Source: Lama glama
Lineage: Eukaryota
Length of the DNA: 64,000 bases
Direction: 5' to 3'
NCBI GenBank assembly: GCA_028534125.1
Contig: CM052817.1
Coordinates: forward strand, 42,658,001 to 42,722,000
The number at the start of each line of letters is the position of its first letter. Position 1 is the stretch's first letter. Positions 12,170 to 24,500 of the stretch are shown in pieces. A program made the translations under genes and the position numbers. The notes beneath the pieces are model-generated. The model did not search any database and was not told the origin of the DNA. It saw nothing but the letters and a program-made list of their open reading frames with translations.

Positions 12170-13520
12170 GAAAATGCAAAGCTAAAAACAGAAGGAAGCA
12201 CAGAAAGAAGAGACTACCTAGACTAGGGAGACCTACAGCGGGAGGGCGCCTTAGCTGATCCTAAGTGATGCAGAAGCACTTGGTTATGCAGAGGGCTGGA
12301 GGAAAGATGGAGGAAGGATGTCACAGAAGTCAGCAAGAGCCAAGCCCAGAGAGAAAAAAGAGTTGATGATCCTTCTTTCTGAACCCTTAGTTCAGTGCTG
12401 CAAAAATATAAAATATGATTTTTAGATCTGCAGGATATGAGGCTAGAAAGGAAGACATTTTCCCCAATTCAGAGGATATTACATGGGATGTGAAAAGGCT
12501 TCAAGTTTAACATACATTCACTGAGGAATCTTTGAGGGGTTTACCTAGAAGGGCAGCAGAGTCAGATATACATAGACACAGCTGGCTGTTGCACGGGTTT
12601 GGATTTGATGCATTCAAAACTGAAGGTAGAAAGGCTTTCAATTGGAGGCTGTTATTGCAGCACAGTCTGGAGATGGTGAGGTGAGGGTTAAAGAGACGAG
12701 CCCAAGTGTGAGTCCTCACACTAGAAAACAGAGTGAGATATTTAAGAGTGAAAAAAACGGTGGACTTCGAAACTCACTGAATTTGGAGCATATGGAAAAG
12801 GAAAGAGTCAAGAATGACTCAGAGCTTTCTGACTGAGTGATTATAGCCAAGAATTGTGTCAAAAATGAAGAAAGGGAGTCAGGTTTAGAAAGAACATGAG
12901 TCTTTGGATATACTGAACTTAAAAGTAGGTCACACTGATATGAATGTACAACAGGCAGCTAGTAATGTTATGCTTGAGCTTGGGAAAGACCTGGGTTGTA
13001 GTTATAGTTTTGTATGCATATGGATGTCAGTTTGAAACCCTGGGACGGAGGAGTCACCCAGTAAGTACATGATATGACGTGAACAGTGAGGACAACTAAA
13101 ACCTCCAGCATGGACAGATGAAGAAACAACCAAGAATGAGAGAAATTAGCTGAGAAATCAGAAAACTATGTGTTAGAAGCCAGGGACAGGAAACTTACAA
13201 AAGGAGTGAGCAATTAACAAGACTGAATGCTGTAGAGAGAGTAAATAATATAAAGACTGGGAAGTATGAACGGAGTTGGGAACTGGAACATCATTGTTGA
13301 CCTTTGCAAGAGCATTTTCAGAAGGCCGGTTAAAGGAGAAAATCAAATTGCAATACATTAAATTCTGAAATGAAAGAAGAGTAAAATGATGAGACAAGAC
13401 TACTTAGGAAGTAAGATCTGAATGAAAAAGGGAGGTTTAAGACACTAGTAACAGAAGGAGGCATAGGACTGAAGGGACTTTTTTCTTTTTAGCTTGAGAA
13501 AGGATTGAATATTTTTAGAG
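12170..13520 (-). mobile_element. L2 LINE fragments
   Basis: Purine-rich antisense L2 motifs (GAAAGAGTCAAGAATGACTC; CATTGTTGACCTTTGCAAGAGCATTTTCAG). Confidence 0.7.
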
Positions 13521-13574
13521 GCTGAAGTGCTGATGGTAAAAATTTAGTGATATTTTGAAAATAGTTAAAACATA

Positions 13575-13790
13575 TTAAACACATTCCATGGCACGTACTG
13601 CACTAGATGTTTACATGTAGCATCTTATTTAATGTTTACAAAAATTCTATGAATAATTATTTTTACAAAGGATGCTAAGGGTGATAAGATCAAAAGAAAC
13701 TGCTAATGGTTACAGAATTAGTAAGTAGTAGAGTAGAATTCAGAGCCTAGTTGGCCAAATTTAAAAGTTCCTGACCACTACTCCATAATG
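13575..13790 (-). mobile_element. MIR SINE
   Basis: Degenerate antisense MIR (CTTATTTAATGTTTACAAAAATTCTATGA...TAGTAAGTAGTAGAG). Confidence 0.6.
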
Positions 13791-14207
13791 TCTTTAAAAA
13801 GGAGACCAAGATTGATGATACAGTTGGATTGATAGTGAAGGAACAGGTGGGATGGGACAATGTCAGGGGGAGAGGTGAAACAGGTACCTGAGATAACTCA
13901 TTCTCTGAGACTGGAGGGCAAAAAGGAAAGGCAGGCTTTGTTAATATATATGTCTGTAGCTCTCAAACAGGAAATAAGAAAAGGCAATTTCTTTTTACCC
14001 CAATTTTGTCAATGAAGTGATCGTGCATAGCACTTGGCTTGGGGTAAGGGATGAGTGTTGAGTAGAGACTTGATGAAGACACGTTAAAGATACTGAGAAA
14101 TAACCAAGTACAAGTGTAAGAAAAACTAGTGCCCATAAAAGAGAATATTAATTGGCATGGCTGTATGACTTCCACCAGCATGATTCTTGTGTGGGTGTAA
14201 AACTGAG

Positions 14208-14380
14208 CTGGGCAAACTTTCTCTGTAATGAGCCAAACAGTAAACATTGGAGGTTGTGTGGTCCACCTGGTCTCTGTTACAACCACTCAGCTCCGCTTCT
14301 GTAGTGTGGAATCAGCCATGGACAACATGTGAATTTAAAATTACGGCTGTGTTCCAATAACATTTTATCTACGGACATCT
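14208..14380. mobile_element. MER58A-like hAT-Charlie element
   Basis: GGCAAACTTTCTCTGTAATGAGCCA...GGCTGTGTTCCAATAACATTTTAT. Confidence 0.75.
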
Positions 14381-14513
14381 ACCTAAGGATTCCAGTTCCT
14401 TATACACAGCTCTGCCTGAGACTCAGTGGACCTTTGTTACTATAACAGTTATAGTCTAAAACTTCATCTTGCCATACCCTACTCATCCATTCAATAAACA
14501 CTGTGCACCTGTA

Positions 14514-14552
14514 AATAATAATAATAACAACAACAACAACAACAATAATAAT
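14514..14552. repeat. Compound (AAT)n(AAC)n(AAT)n microsatellite
   Basis: Directly visible. Confidence 0.9.
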
Positions 14553-14639
14553 GATTTCTATGGTTTCTCTTTTTCTAACTAGATTCAATGACAGATACAC
14601 TAGGGCTGCTTAACCCCCATTGCTCTGCTTTGACTGGTC

Positions 14640-14939
14640 TTTCTGAAAGCAGTTGTATCTCCTCCAACTCTCCTTGCACATCCTCTCCCTTGCTGATCCT
14701 AGCTCCCATAGGTCTAGCTCCCTTCAGTAAGCCCCGCATCTGCACTGAGAATGTTGCCCTTTCCAGCTTTCTCTTCAGTCCTGGGGATGGTAGCAACTTC
14801 TTGTTTTTGCTAATTTTCTCACCATTCCCTGTTAGGTTTTTGGCTCATCTATCATGTTTCAGTAATTCTTTATATTAAATTCAACATGTTTTAAATACCT
14901 AGTGTAACTCCGTTTTCTTAACTGAACCCAGACATATAA
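14640..14939 (+). mobile_element. LTR33-like ERVL LTR, 3' part
   Basis: GGGGATGGTAGCAACTTCTTG...TATTAAATTC...AAATACCTAG end motifs. Confidence 0.6.
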
Positions 14940-15644
14940 CCAGGGAAAGTATAGTTCAGATGATCAGTCATGAGATTTAAGCTGGACAGGAGCGAGAGAG
15001 ATTAAGAAGGAATCTGTTGGAGAACACACAGAAATCCTAATAATTATAAACTTCATGGGGTCAAAAACAGTGCCTTTGGAATAAAGAATAAGTAAGTTGT
15101 TTTGACAATAGAAGGTTTCAAAAAGAAAGTGAGAGAGTTGAGCTTTTGTTTAAAGAATGATGAAATATAATTTAATGTATTTTCTATCAAATTTATTTAA
15201 GGAAATTTTAGTTTAAAGTGAGGAAACCAACTCAAGCAGTAAGAACAAACAGGAATAAAATCGCTTCTTTGCAAAGTCACTTTTAAATGAACATTAAAAT
15301 TGTTATTTTCCAGCTTTATCAAATTGCCGTTTAAAACATATTGTGAAGGAAACTGCTACCTGCTCTTACCAGATGTTCTGCAAATATTCAGCATCACTTG
15401 GTATATATTAAGTCACTATGCAAAAAACAGCACTGGATCTCAAATATATTTCTCTTGCCAATTTTTTTTAATTGAAAACAAATTTTGTCTATCAAGATCA
15501 CTGTGATTGTTTTTAATTAACTTTCTTAAGGTTTAACAAATTTCCATTTTGGTATAAAACTCATTACAGGGTTATCACTAGATACTGCTAGTCAATTATA
15601 AAATCAGAACTGAGGATCTCCTGATTTTGTCATCTTTAAAAAAT

Positions 15645-15762
15645 TTTTTTAGTATATTTATATTTTTATTGAAGTATAATCAGTTTGTAATATTGCATCA
15701 ATTTCTGGGGCATAATGCTTCAGTCATACATTAACGTACATAGATTCATTTTCATATTCTTT
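15645..15762 (-). mobile_element. Short lineage-specific L1 3' end
   Basis: T-rich tail then TTTATTGAAGTATAATCAGTTTG...ATTCATTTTCATATTCTTT; same family as 50247-50410. Confidence 0.75.
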
Positions 15763-15894
15763 AATAGAAGAGTCTAATAACAATTTTGCTTTTTTTTGAC
15801 AGGTCACATAGTAACATTAGTTATTTTGTTAAAAGAATTTCATTTCTGAATTTACTGAAGTGTTTAACAAACTGCATTTTATTTATCTATCTTC

Positions 15895-16480
15895 ATTGGC
15901 CTCTCTAAAGTATCAGACAAAGTGGATGATCTGCTCTTCCCTGAGCTTCCAGAATAACACACTGTCCTGGTTTTTCCCCTAACTTTTTAAATCCACTCTC
16001 TAGTTTCTTCACTTTTCCCAAACCTCTTCTTATTAAAGTGTCCCAACGTTCGGTCTTTGGATCTTTTCTCTCCCCATCTGCATTCACTCTCTCATTCTCT
16101 ACAAGATCTCATTTAGCTCCATGGTTTTACATACCATCTATGTACCTCTCCTCATCCCAAAGCACATCTTCACCCCAAGCCTCCCTTCTGAACATCACAC
16201 TCCTATAACCAGCTGCCTAGTTGGCATTTCTACTTTCATGTCTATCTTTTGTCTGAAACTGAACATGTCAAGAAAGAAGCTCCCACACCTGCTGACCCAC
16301 AGTCCGCCCTCCCTCTCTTGATGACAACTCCTTCCTTCTAGTTCCTCAGCCCAAAATCTCAGAGTCATCCTTGGCTCCTCTCTTTTCCTCATATTTCACA
16401 TCTAATCCATCAACATACCCAACTAGCTCTACCTTCAAAATAAATCTAAAGTTTGACCACATCCTACTACCTCATCCAAG
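15895..16480 (+). mobile_element. L2 LINE fragment
   Basis: GATCTCATTTAGCTCCATGGTTTTACATACCATCTATG and GAGTCATCCTTGGCTCCTCTCTTT L2 motifs. Confidence 0.8.
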
Positions 16481-16739
16481 GTGAGTCCCCAGAGGGAACA
16501 CACAGTCCATTCATAAGTAACTGTGGTTATGTAAGAATGAAAAAAAAAGTTATCTATAATATATGTACATTGCCAAACAACTACTAAATTTGGACAAAAA
16601 TACTTATCAAGTTGTTTGTGACAACTTCATGAATAGAACTGGTTAGATATTTCTTTTCATCTAGAGACACTGGGGTGGGGGGGAACAGACTCTGTGAGCT
16701 CCATGAAACTAAGAAGTTTAGGAACATCTGTTTCATGTG

Positions 16740-17100
16740 TTTTACCACCTTAGGGCCTTTATATCCTGTTCTCTCTGTCTGGAAAGCTCCTCCTGTATTG
16801 CCAACTTCATTACTTCCTTTAAGTCTCTGCTCAAATGTCACCTTTACCACCTCTGACCATCCTATTTAAATGGCATCCTGTCCCCCACCTCCGTCCTTGC
16901 ATTTCTGATCTTACTAACCTCATTCAATTTTCCTTCACATTAGACATTGCCTCAAGTAAACTTATAAATTTTTTATGTTTATTGTTATTCTTGCTAGAAT
17001 ATAAGGGGGGGGGAATTATTTGTTTTGTTTCCTGACATATTTCAAATGCCTAGAACATGCCTGGCTCACAGTCAGTACTCAATAAATGTAGTTCAAGGAA
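16740..17100 (+). mobile_element. L2 3' end
   Basis: TCTCTGCTCAAATGTCACCT...GCCTAGAACATGCCTGGCTCACAGTCAGTACTCAATAAATG. Confidence 0.8.
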
Positions 17101-17923
17101 TAGATTTATTTCAAGATCTACAAAAGTGGCCATGCAAAAGAAGAGGGAAAGGTAATGGAAAAGATCTATTAATTTAGCATATGCATTCAAAATTTCATGT
17201 GTCTTTTGATATTTAGATGGGACAAGAGGGTAATTTCCCTGACTCCCAGTCCAAGGATTCTCATCTACATAACATAAAATGAAATGCATCTTCCCTCAAA
17301 AGGGAATCCAAAAGGAAAAAAAAAAAATGCTTGTGTTCTATTAGCTTTGTTATCCAGGATGGTAAAGATGATGGAAAAATTGTAGGAAAGATAACAAGAT
17401 TAAAAACATTAAGTGGGAATAATGCCATTATTATAAAAGTTTTCTTAAGTATAATTATTTACTAGATATACTTATTGATCTTTAATAATGTGCAAGCTGC
17501 AGTATTAAAAACTGTATGAAATATAAAGGCCCCAGGCCCCACTCTTAAAAAGTGCATACTGGGAACATAAATAGTTGCTAATATAGATGGGAACATTCTC
17601 AGTGCCCTGAGACCAGTACAGACAGAGTGAATGGGGTTAAGAAGAAAGAAGAGAAAAGAAGAATTTGGAAAACTTCAAGGAGAATTTAAGCAAGGCTTTA
17701 CAAAACATTTAGAATTTAGAAATGCACAGATTGTGGGGTGGGAGGGGGAATGGGTCCTCCAGGCAAAGAAGAGAAGAAATATTTTTAAAGAAATTACAAG
17801 ATAAAGTAAGTCTTGTTTGGGCAGTTGTGGGTAGATTTATATAACAGTCCCTAACCATAAATATAAATATGTAAATCTGCCTTCATTAATTTGAAGGATT
17901 TTGAATCACTTTATAATGTCCTA

Positions 17924-18290
17924 TGTCTTAGTACTTGTGCCTGTCTTGGGCTCGTTTGCCCTCACATTCACTCCTTGCCTTCCTCCTGTTCTCTCTGAAA
18001 TGCAGGAGGACAGAACCCAGCGGGCTGTAACTGCCAGGCTTCTGTCTGGGGTTGGCCATTAGGGGCCCTGGAAGAAAAATAGAGAGTTAAGAGGAGGGGA
18101 GAGACTAGAGCATTCTCGCCTCTCTCTCTGCCTCGAGCATTACCTCTGGCAGCCCCTGTGTTTCTTGTGAGGCTTCAGTGTTTCCAGGCCCTGGATGATT
18201 CCAGCTTCCACTAGGTAATCCCATCCCTGTCCCTGCTACTACTATTTCTTCCTTCTGTCCCTCTATAGTTGGCTTCTAAGGAGTTTCCTA
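17924..18290 (+). mobile_element. LTR33-like ERVL LTR, 5' part, cut by the L1 that follows
   Basis: GGCTTCTGTCTGGGGTTGGCCATTAGGGG...GGAGGGGGAGAG motifs; 3' end not found. Confidence 0.6.
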
Positions 18291-18291
18291 C

Positions 18292-18784
18292 TTTTTTCAA
18301 ATTTATTTACTTACTATTTTTTTAATTGAAGTATAGTTGATGTCCAATATTGTATAAGTTACAGATGTACAATAATATAGTGATTCACAGCTTTTAAAGG
18401 TTATACTACATTTATAGTTATTATTAAATATTAGCTATATTCCCTATGTTGCATAATATATCCTTGTAGCTTATTTTATACCTAATAGTGTCTACCTGTT
18501 ACTCCCCTACCCCATCTAACCCTTCCCATTTCCTCTCCCTACTAGTAACCACTAGCATGTTCTCTGTATCTGTGATTCTGCTTCCTTTTCATTTTATTCA
18601 CTAGTTTGTTGTATTTTTTACATTCTACATATAAGTGACATCATACATTGTCTCTGTCTGCCTTCACTTAGCATAATGCCCTCCAAGTTCATCAATGCTG
18701 CTGCAAATGGCAAAATTCCATTCCTTTTTATGGCTGAGTAGTATTCCATTGTGTATATATGTGTGTGCGGATATATATACACAC

Positions 18785-18865
<81 letters not shown>

Positions 18866-19650
18866 CCTATATACCACATCATCTTTATCCATTCATCTGT
18901 TGATAGATACTAAGGTTGTTTCAGTATCTGGGCTGTTGTAAATAATGCTTCTGTGAACACTGGGCTACATGTATCTTTTTGAATTAGTGTTTTTGTTTTG
19001 TTTTGTTTTTTTCAGATATATAGCCAGAAGTAGAATTGCTGAATCATATTGTAGTTCTATTTTTAGTTTTTTAAGAAACCTCAGTGTTGTTTCACACAGT
19101 GGCAGCACCAATTTATATTCCCACCAATGATGTACAAGGGTTCCCTTTTCTCCACATCCTTGCCAATGTTTATTATTTCTTTTCTTTTTGATTATAGCCA
19201 TTCTGACAGGTGTGAGGTGATAATTCATTGTGGTTCTGATTTGCATTTCCCTGATGATTAGCAATGTTGAGCATCTTATGTGCCGGTTGGCCATCTGCAT
19301 TTCCTCTTTGGAAACATGTCTATCCAGTTCTCCCACTCATCTTTTAATCAGGTTGTTTGTTTTCTTGATGTTGAGTTGTATGAGCTGTTTTATATATGTT
19401 GGACTTTAACCCTTCATCAGTCATATCATTTACAAATATTTTCTTCCATTCAGTAGGCTGTATTTTCATTTTGTTGATTATTTCCTTTGCTGTGTGAAAG
19501 ATTTTAAGTCTAATTAGGTCCCATTTGTTTATTTTTGCTTTTATTTCCTCTTTTTTAGGAAACAGATGCAAATAAATATTGCTATAATTTATCTGCACTG
19601 TTTATTTTTCTATATGGTGTTGGAGAATGTTCTAATTTCATTCGTTTAGA
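18292..19650 (-). mobile_element. L1 3' end and ORF2 C-terminus
   Basis: Minus-strand peptides ([44 protein letters not shown]) match L1 ORF2 C-terminus; T-rich tail at left end. Confidence 0.92.
18777..18853. repeat. Imperfect (CA)n microsatellite flanked by (TA)n inside the L1
   Basis: Directly visible. Confidence 0.95.
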
Positions 19651-19654
19651 GAAT

Positions 19655-19950
19655 AGTTAATTCCTATCCTTCTCAAACTACTTGAAAAATTTGCAGAGGA
19701 AAGAACACTTCTGAACACATTCTATGAGGCCTGCATCACCCTGGTATCAAAACAAGACAAAGACACTACAAAAATTAAAAATCACAAGCCAATGTCACTG
19801 ATGAGTATAGATGCCAAAATCCTCAACAAAATATTAGCAAACCAAATTCAACAATACATTAAAAGGGTCATAAACTTTGATCATGTGGGATTTATCTTAG
19901 GGATGCAAGGATTTTTTAATACTTGCAAATCAATCAATGTGATTCACCAC
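19655..19950 (+). mobile_element. L1 ORF2 reverse-transcriptase fragment, opposite orientation to the adjacent L1
   Basis: [24 protein letters not shown]...[12 protein letters not shown]...KSINVIHH. Confidence 0.9.
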
Positions 19951-20118
19951 GTGAAGACAAAGAGGAGAACACAGCCACTTACAAGCCAAGAAGAGAGTCC
20001 TTGGAGGAAATAACCCTGGCAATACCTTAATCTTAGACTCCTAACTGTGAGAAAACAAATTCCTGTTGTTTAAGCCACCCAGTCCTTGGTACAGGAAGCC
20101 CTAAGCAAACTAACACAC
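19951..20118 (+). mobile_element. MLT1 (MaLR) LTR 3' half
   Basis: CAAGCCAAGAAGAGAG...AACTGTGAGAAAACAAATTCCTGTTGTTTAAGCCACCCAGTC...AAACTAACACA. Confidence 0.85.
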
Positions 20119-21204
20119 TAACTCTGTAAATTTTTCATCCCTCTCAATTTTTGAAGTTCAGTTTGTCAACATAGTTCTCTTGAGGGTCTACCTTTTGCAA
20201 AATGTAAGGTCAGATTATTTGATGGATCTACTGGTAATTATACAGATTCAAGAATCACGTTCCCTCATTGAGCCATAAACACATATGCCATATTTAATTT
20301 CTTATCAATTGTAATGTATGTATTTTTTCAGCTTAATTCACATAATAAGCCTGTGTGTCTATTTATTTCCCGTCTAAAACTACGTATGAAATTATGTAGG
20401 AGGGTGCCTAATGGCATATATAACCCACTTATTCTGAATTCTAATCAAAATTATTCTATATATAGTATCTGTTGAATGCGTGGTACTTGGTAAGGCATAC
20501 TGCATCTCGCCACTGAAAAGCCATGCCCCCTCCCTTTCTTGCAAGCAATCTGCTTACACACACACAGGAGAGGGGTACTGGAAAGAGAAAATAATAATAA
20601 CAGTGGTTAGCTTTCATAGTTCTTATTCTGTGGACATACACCCAACTGAAGAGATGTGGAATATTTGACTTGGGACAGTAGATAGCTAAGATAAAAATGA
20701 GAAAGAAAAATTGCAGGACAGAGAAAAACCAGGCATCTCTCCCATCCCCAGTTATACTCAGACTTATATTCCCTTTTAACACTTATTACAGATTGCAATC
20801 TATTTACCTTTATTTAGTCAGTTTTTGTTGGATCCACCATGAACCTCACAAGGACAAGGATTATGTTTGTTTAATTCACAATTGTTTCCCAAAGGCTATC
20901 CTAGCAATTATTAAATATGGATACTTGGTAAATATTTCTTAAATGAAGGAAGGAAAAAGGAGAAGAGCAAAACTATAGACTATTATTCGCATGTGCAAGG
21001 CACTACTAAGACTATAAAATGCCTGAAGCAATCCTGTCTCCTTAGGTAGCTTACACTGTAATCAGAGAAAAAAGGTTACAGGGTATTAGAAAGGAATTGA
21101 TAGTGCTGAATCAAGAGCCACTGTGTGCCTCCAAAGTTCAGGGGAAAAGAGGAAAGAGTACTTACTGATAGATGCAATTATGGAGGATATGCAGAGATAG
21201 CCAA

Positions 21205-21502
21205 CAAAGAGGCAAAAGCAGCCAGTCACAGAAGGACAAATACTGCATGATTCCAGCTGTATGAGTTATCAAATACAATCAAACTCATAGAAGCAAAGAA
21301 TAGAAAGGTGGTTGCCAGGAACTGCAGGGAGAGGAAAATGGAGAGATGCTAATCAGCCTGTACAAAATTTCAGTTATTTAAGATGAATAAGTTCTAGAGA
21401 TCTAAGGAACAACATTGTGCCTAAAGATAACAATACTGTATTACACACTTAAAAATCTGTTCTGAAGGTAGATAGCATGTTAGGTGTTCTTGCCACAATA
21501 AA
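21205..21502 (+). mobile_element. L1MA-type 3' end
   Basis: GCCAGTCACAGAAGGACAAATACTGCATGATTCC...CCACAATAAA. Confidence 0.85.
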
Positions 21503-24500
21503 GACAGAGAGAGAGAAAAGAAAAACACCAGGATTCTTCATCGACATCAACCTCTGAATGTTTTCCATACTGCAAAAGCATCAGTTTCTCTAATATGCTA
21601 TTTCATGTCAAAGCCTGGCTGTCACAGTGAAAGAGCTACACTTTCAACACTCTCTGTGAACCCATGGGTCCGCAGGAAGTCTACCAGGCACTTCAATGAT
21701 GACCACCTGCAAGACCCTCTAGGATATGACTGAATTCCTGGCCTCCATGGGTCTATTAGGCCGTCTGATGAAAAGAAGGAATCTCGTGGCACCCGGTGCT
21801 CTGAAGTGTGTTATTCCTGTCCCCTCAGGCTGAATGGAGTGCCTATCTGCCCTGGTTTTCAACAACTGCAAAGAAGCCCAGCATGCGGGGAATGAAATAT
21901 CTACTGGGTAAGGGGGACTGTCAATTCTGAAAATGCATGTCAGTTTGTACAGCTGCCTCGAAGGGTCTGAGGTGATTTTTAATGCATTGTGGCAAAATAT
22001 TCCCAACCTAAGTGTAAACATTTGGCAACTTCCTATAGAGTATAATTAAGTATCATTCACTATGATGATTTCCTAGTTTTATCTACCTTTTTAGGTAATT
22101 ATCACAGACATTTTCATTCCTGGTGGCTGTTTTCTAGTAGATTTTCAGTTAATAAAACAACAGAGCAATAAGTATGCCTCCCATTACTGGATAATTTATT
22201 ACTAATAAACATGTTTCAGTAAATATGTATTAAAATACTAAACATACAATGAGTTAATCATGTGGTTTCCATGTAATATATATGACCATGTAACAGTTCT
22301 GACGATAACTTTTGGGAGAACACCAGTAACTCATTTCATCATTTCAAATCGTAATCACTCGGCAAATCCCCTTCATTCTAAACACTACAGCAAGGTAACA
22401 CATGAAGAGATATATAGCCCTTACTTGGGATTATAAAACATATTTCTCTGCCGGTTTTCATCTCCATAAAATTAAACTTACATGTCTCCCCCAGGCTGAA
22501 TGAAATTTGGTAAAATGATGGATTCCTGTCTACTGAATAGTTTGTCCAGGTAAGACTTAAATGCTTTGGTAGATTCAGACTATTGGATCAGCCCCAGGAC
22601 CAACTGAGAATTTAGCAAGTACACTGTTCAACTTTTTGGAAATATATTTTCAGACCATTATAAAAATGAATCTAAGAGCCTCAGAAGAGCCATAAACTGT
22701 TTTGATGCCCATGCTAGGATTTCTGTTAGACATTCTAATTGCTCCAGAGGATTCCTAAAATAGTGACCAATTCTACCCGTGCCTCCAATAGGAATGATAA
22801 CCTCTGAAACAGTGTCTTAAAGTTCATCTGAGACTTTGAGCATAAATGTAGGAGGATGCCAATGCCAAAGACACATTCCATTTTCTCTGAAACCTGATAA
22901 AACCTGACAGTTGGCTGGAATGACCAACTATCAATAAAATTATATTTATTAAGTGCTCTGTTTGCCTCGTATTATTGGTGACCATGACAGAGAAGTGGGG
23001 GCTGCTTTCATGAGTTCAGCAGAGATGACATACACTGAACAATTAACTCAAGTGCAGTGACTGCCTGAAAAAGGGAAGTACAAAGTACAAACTAAGGTTA
23101 AAGGGTCAGGAAGTTTCCTTAAAGAAGGAAAATGAGCTGACATTACCTTGGAAAAGAAATGATATAGGAGAGAAGGAAGAATGTCCAGGAAGATGAACCA
23201 GGATATGATCTAAGACTAGTGGAGAAAATTAAGAGGATTCTGTGTCTAGATCATCTAACTGAAATAACAGAAATGTATCATTTTTAAGAAACATTTCTAA
23301 AGAGTAAAAAAAAAAAAGTAAGTCTCTGTTCATGAGACTTAATGATGACTGGAGTGAGGTGGCAGAGTTTACACCAAAGTCAGGAATACATAGTAATGTT
23401 CACTTTAGTGATAGAATGTCACATATGTAACAGAGGAAAAGTCCACCACCATCTCACTCCCAACAAAACAGAGCTCTCCCCAAATGCAATCACACCCTGA
23501 AGAATGAAAGCTGGCAACCCTAATTCATATATTACCTTCCAGGGTCAATCAGATTTTATAAGTAAATATATATGACTGAAATGACTGCTCCTTGCACATC
23601 ATTTCTCTTCCACTGACTTAAAATAAAAATCAAGTTTCACTGAACAACATTTTCTTAAATCTATAAATGTTAGAAAGGGGCAAGTTCCTTTAGAGTACCT
23701 AAATTGTACCCGTGAGAAAAAAAAGAGCCTGGGAAGTAATCTGACTTGCTAAAGATCATAAAGCTAGTTAGAGTCAGAGCTGAAATTAAAATCCTGATTT
23801 TTATTCTAGTTTTCCTCACATAATTGCATACAGGTATTCTTAAAATTATCTATATATTGCTGCTCTCTGGCAAATGTGATAATGACTAGATATAGACCAA
23901 CAATCATAATTGGAGAATAACTCTTGGTCAAGTTATTTATTAGAATTCTAGTATATGATAACTGTAATTTTGTAAATAGTGAGGCTGAGATTTTGATATT
24001 GATACTACTACTAATGTGGATTTGAGTCACAAATTTGCAGTGTTAGTGAACAGTGACTTTAAGAAACTAGGTAGCACACTGCTACAGCAAAAGGTGTGTA
24101 AACATGGCTCTAATGATGACTCAGCAACAATAACCCTCATTTTTCCAAGTTTAGTTTGACCTCCAGCCTCTGCAGGTTCTTTATTTTGTTATATAAGTAA
24201 ATAACATACACATATCAAAAAAGTGCAAGAAACCTTCCCATTAAGTTGCTTTAATGTGTTTGGTCTCTTGTAAAGTATGTGCAGGCATCTCACCCAAAAT
24301 CCACTAGGACAATACGCAGCAGAACACTTTATTGACTAAAGCCATATTCAGATGCCCATTAGACTCTCAAGAACAAGCCACAGACTCTGATTCTCCTCTC
24401 AGGCAGAGATCTGCCACAACCATGCCTTTCACAGAAGGGTTTGCAAGCTCCGGGTCTTGTGCAAGGGACATGATCAAAATAACCTATTTCTCTCCCAGAT

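Noticed and set aside
18618..18941. His-Thr and Cys-Val repeat ORFs
   Set aside because: Translations of the (CA)n microsatellite within an L1.
18965..20013. ORFs with reverse-transcriptase/ORF2 similarity
   Set aside because: Frameshifted fragments of dead L1 copies, not functional genes.
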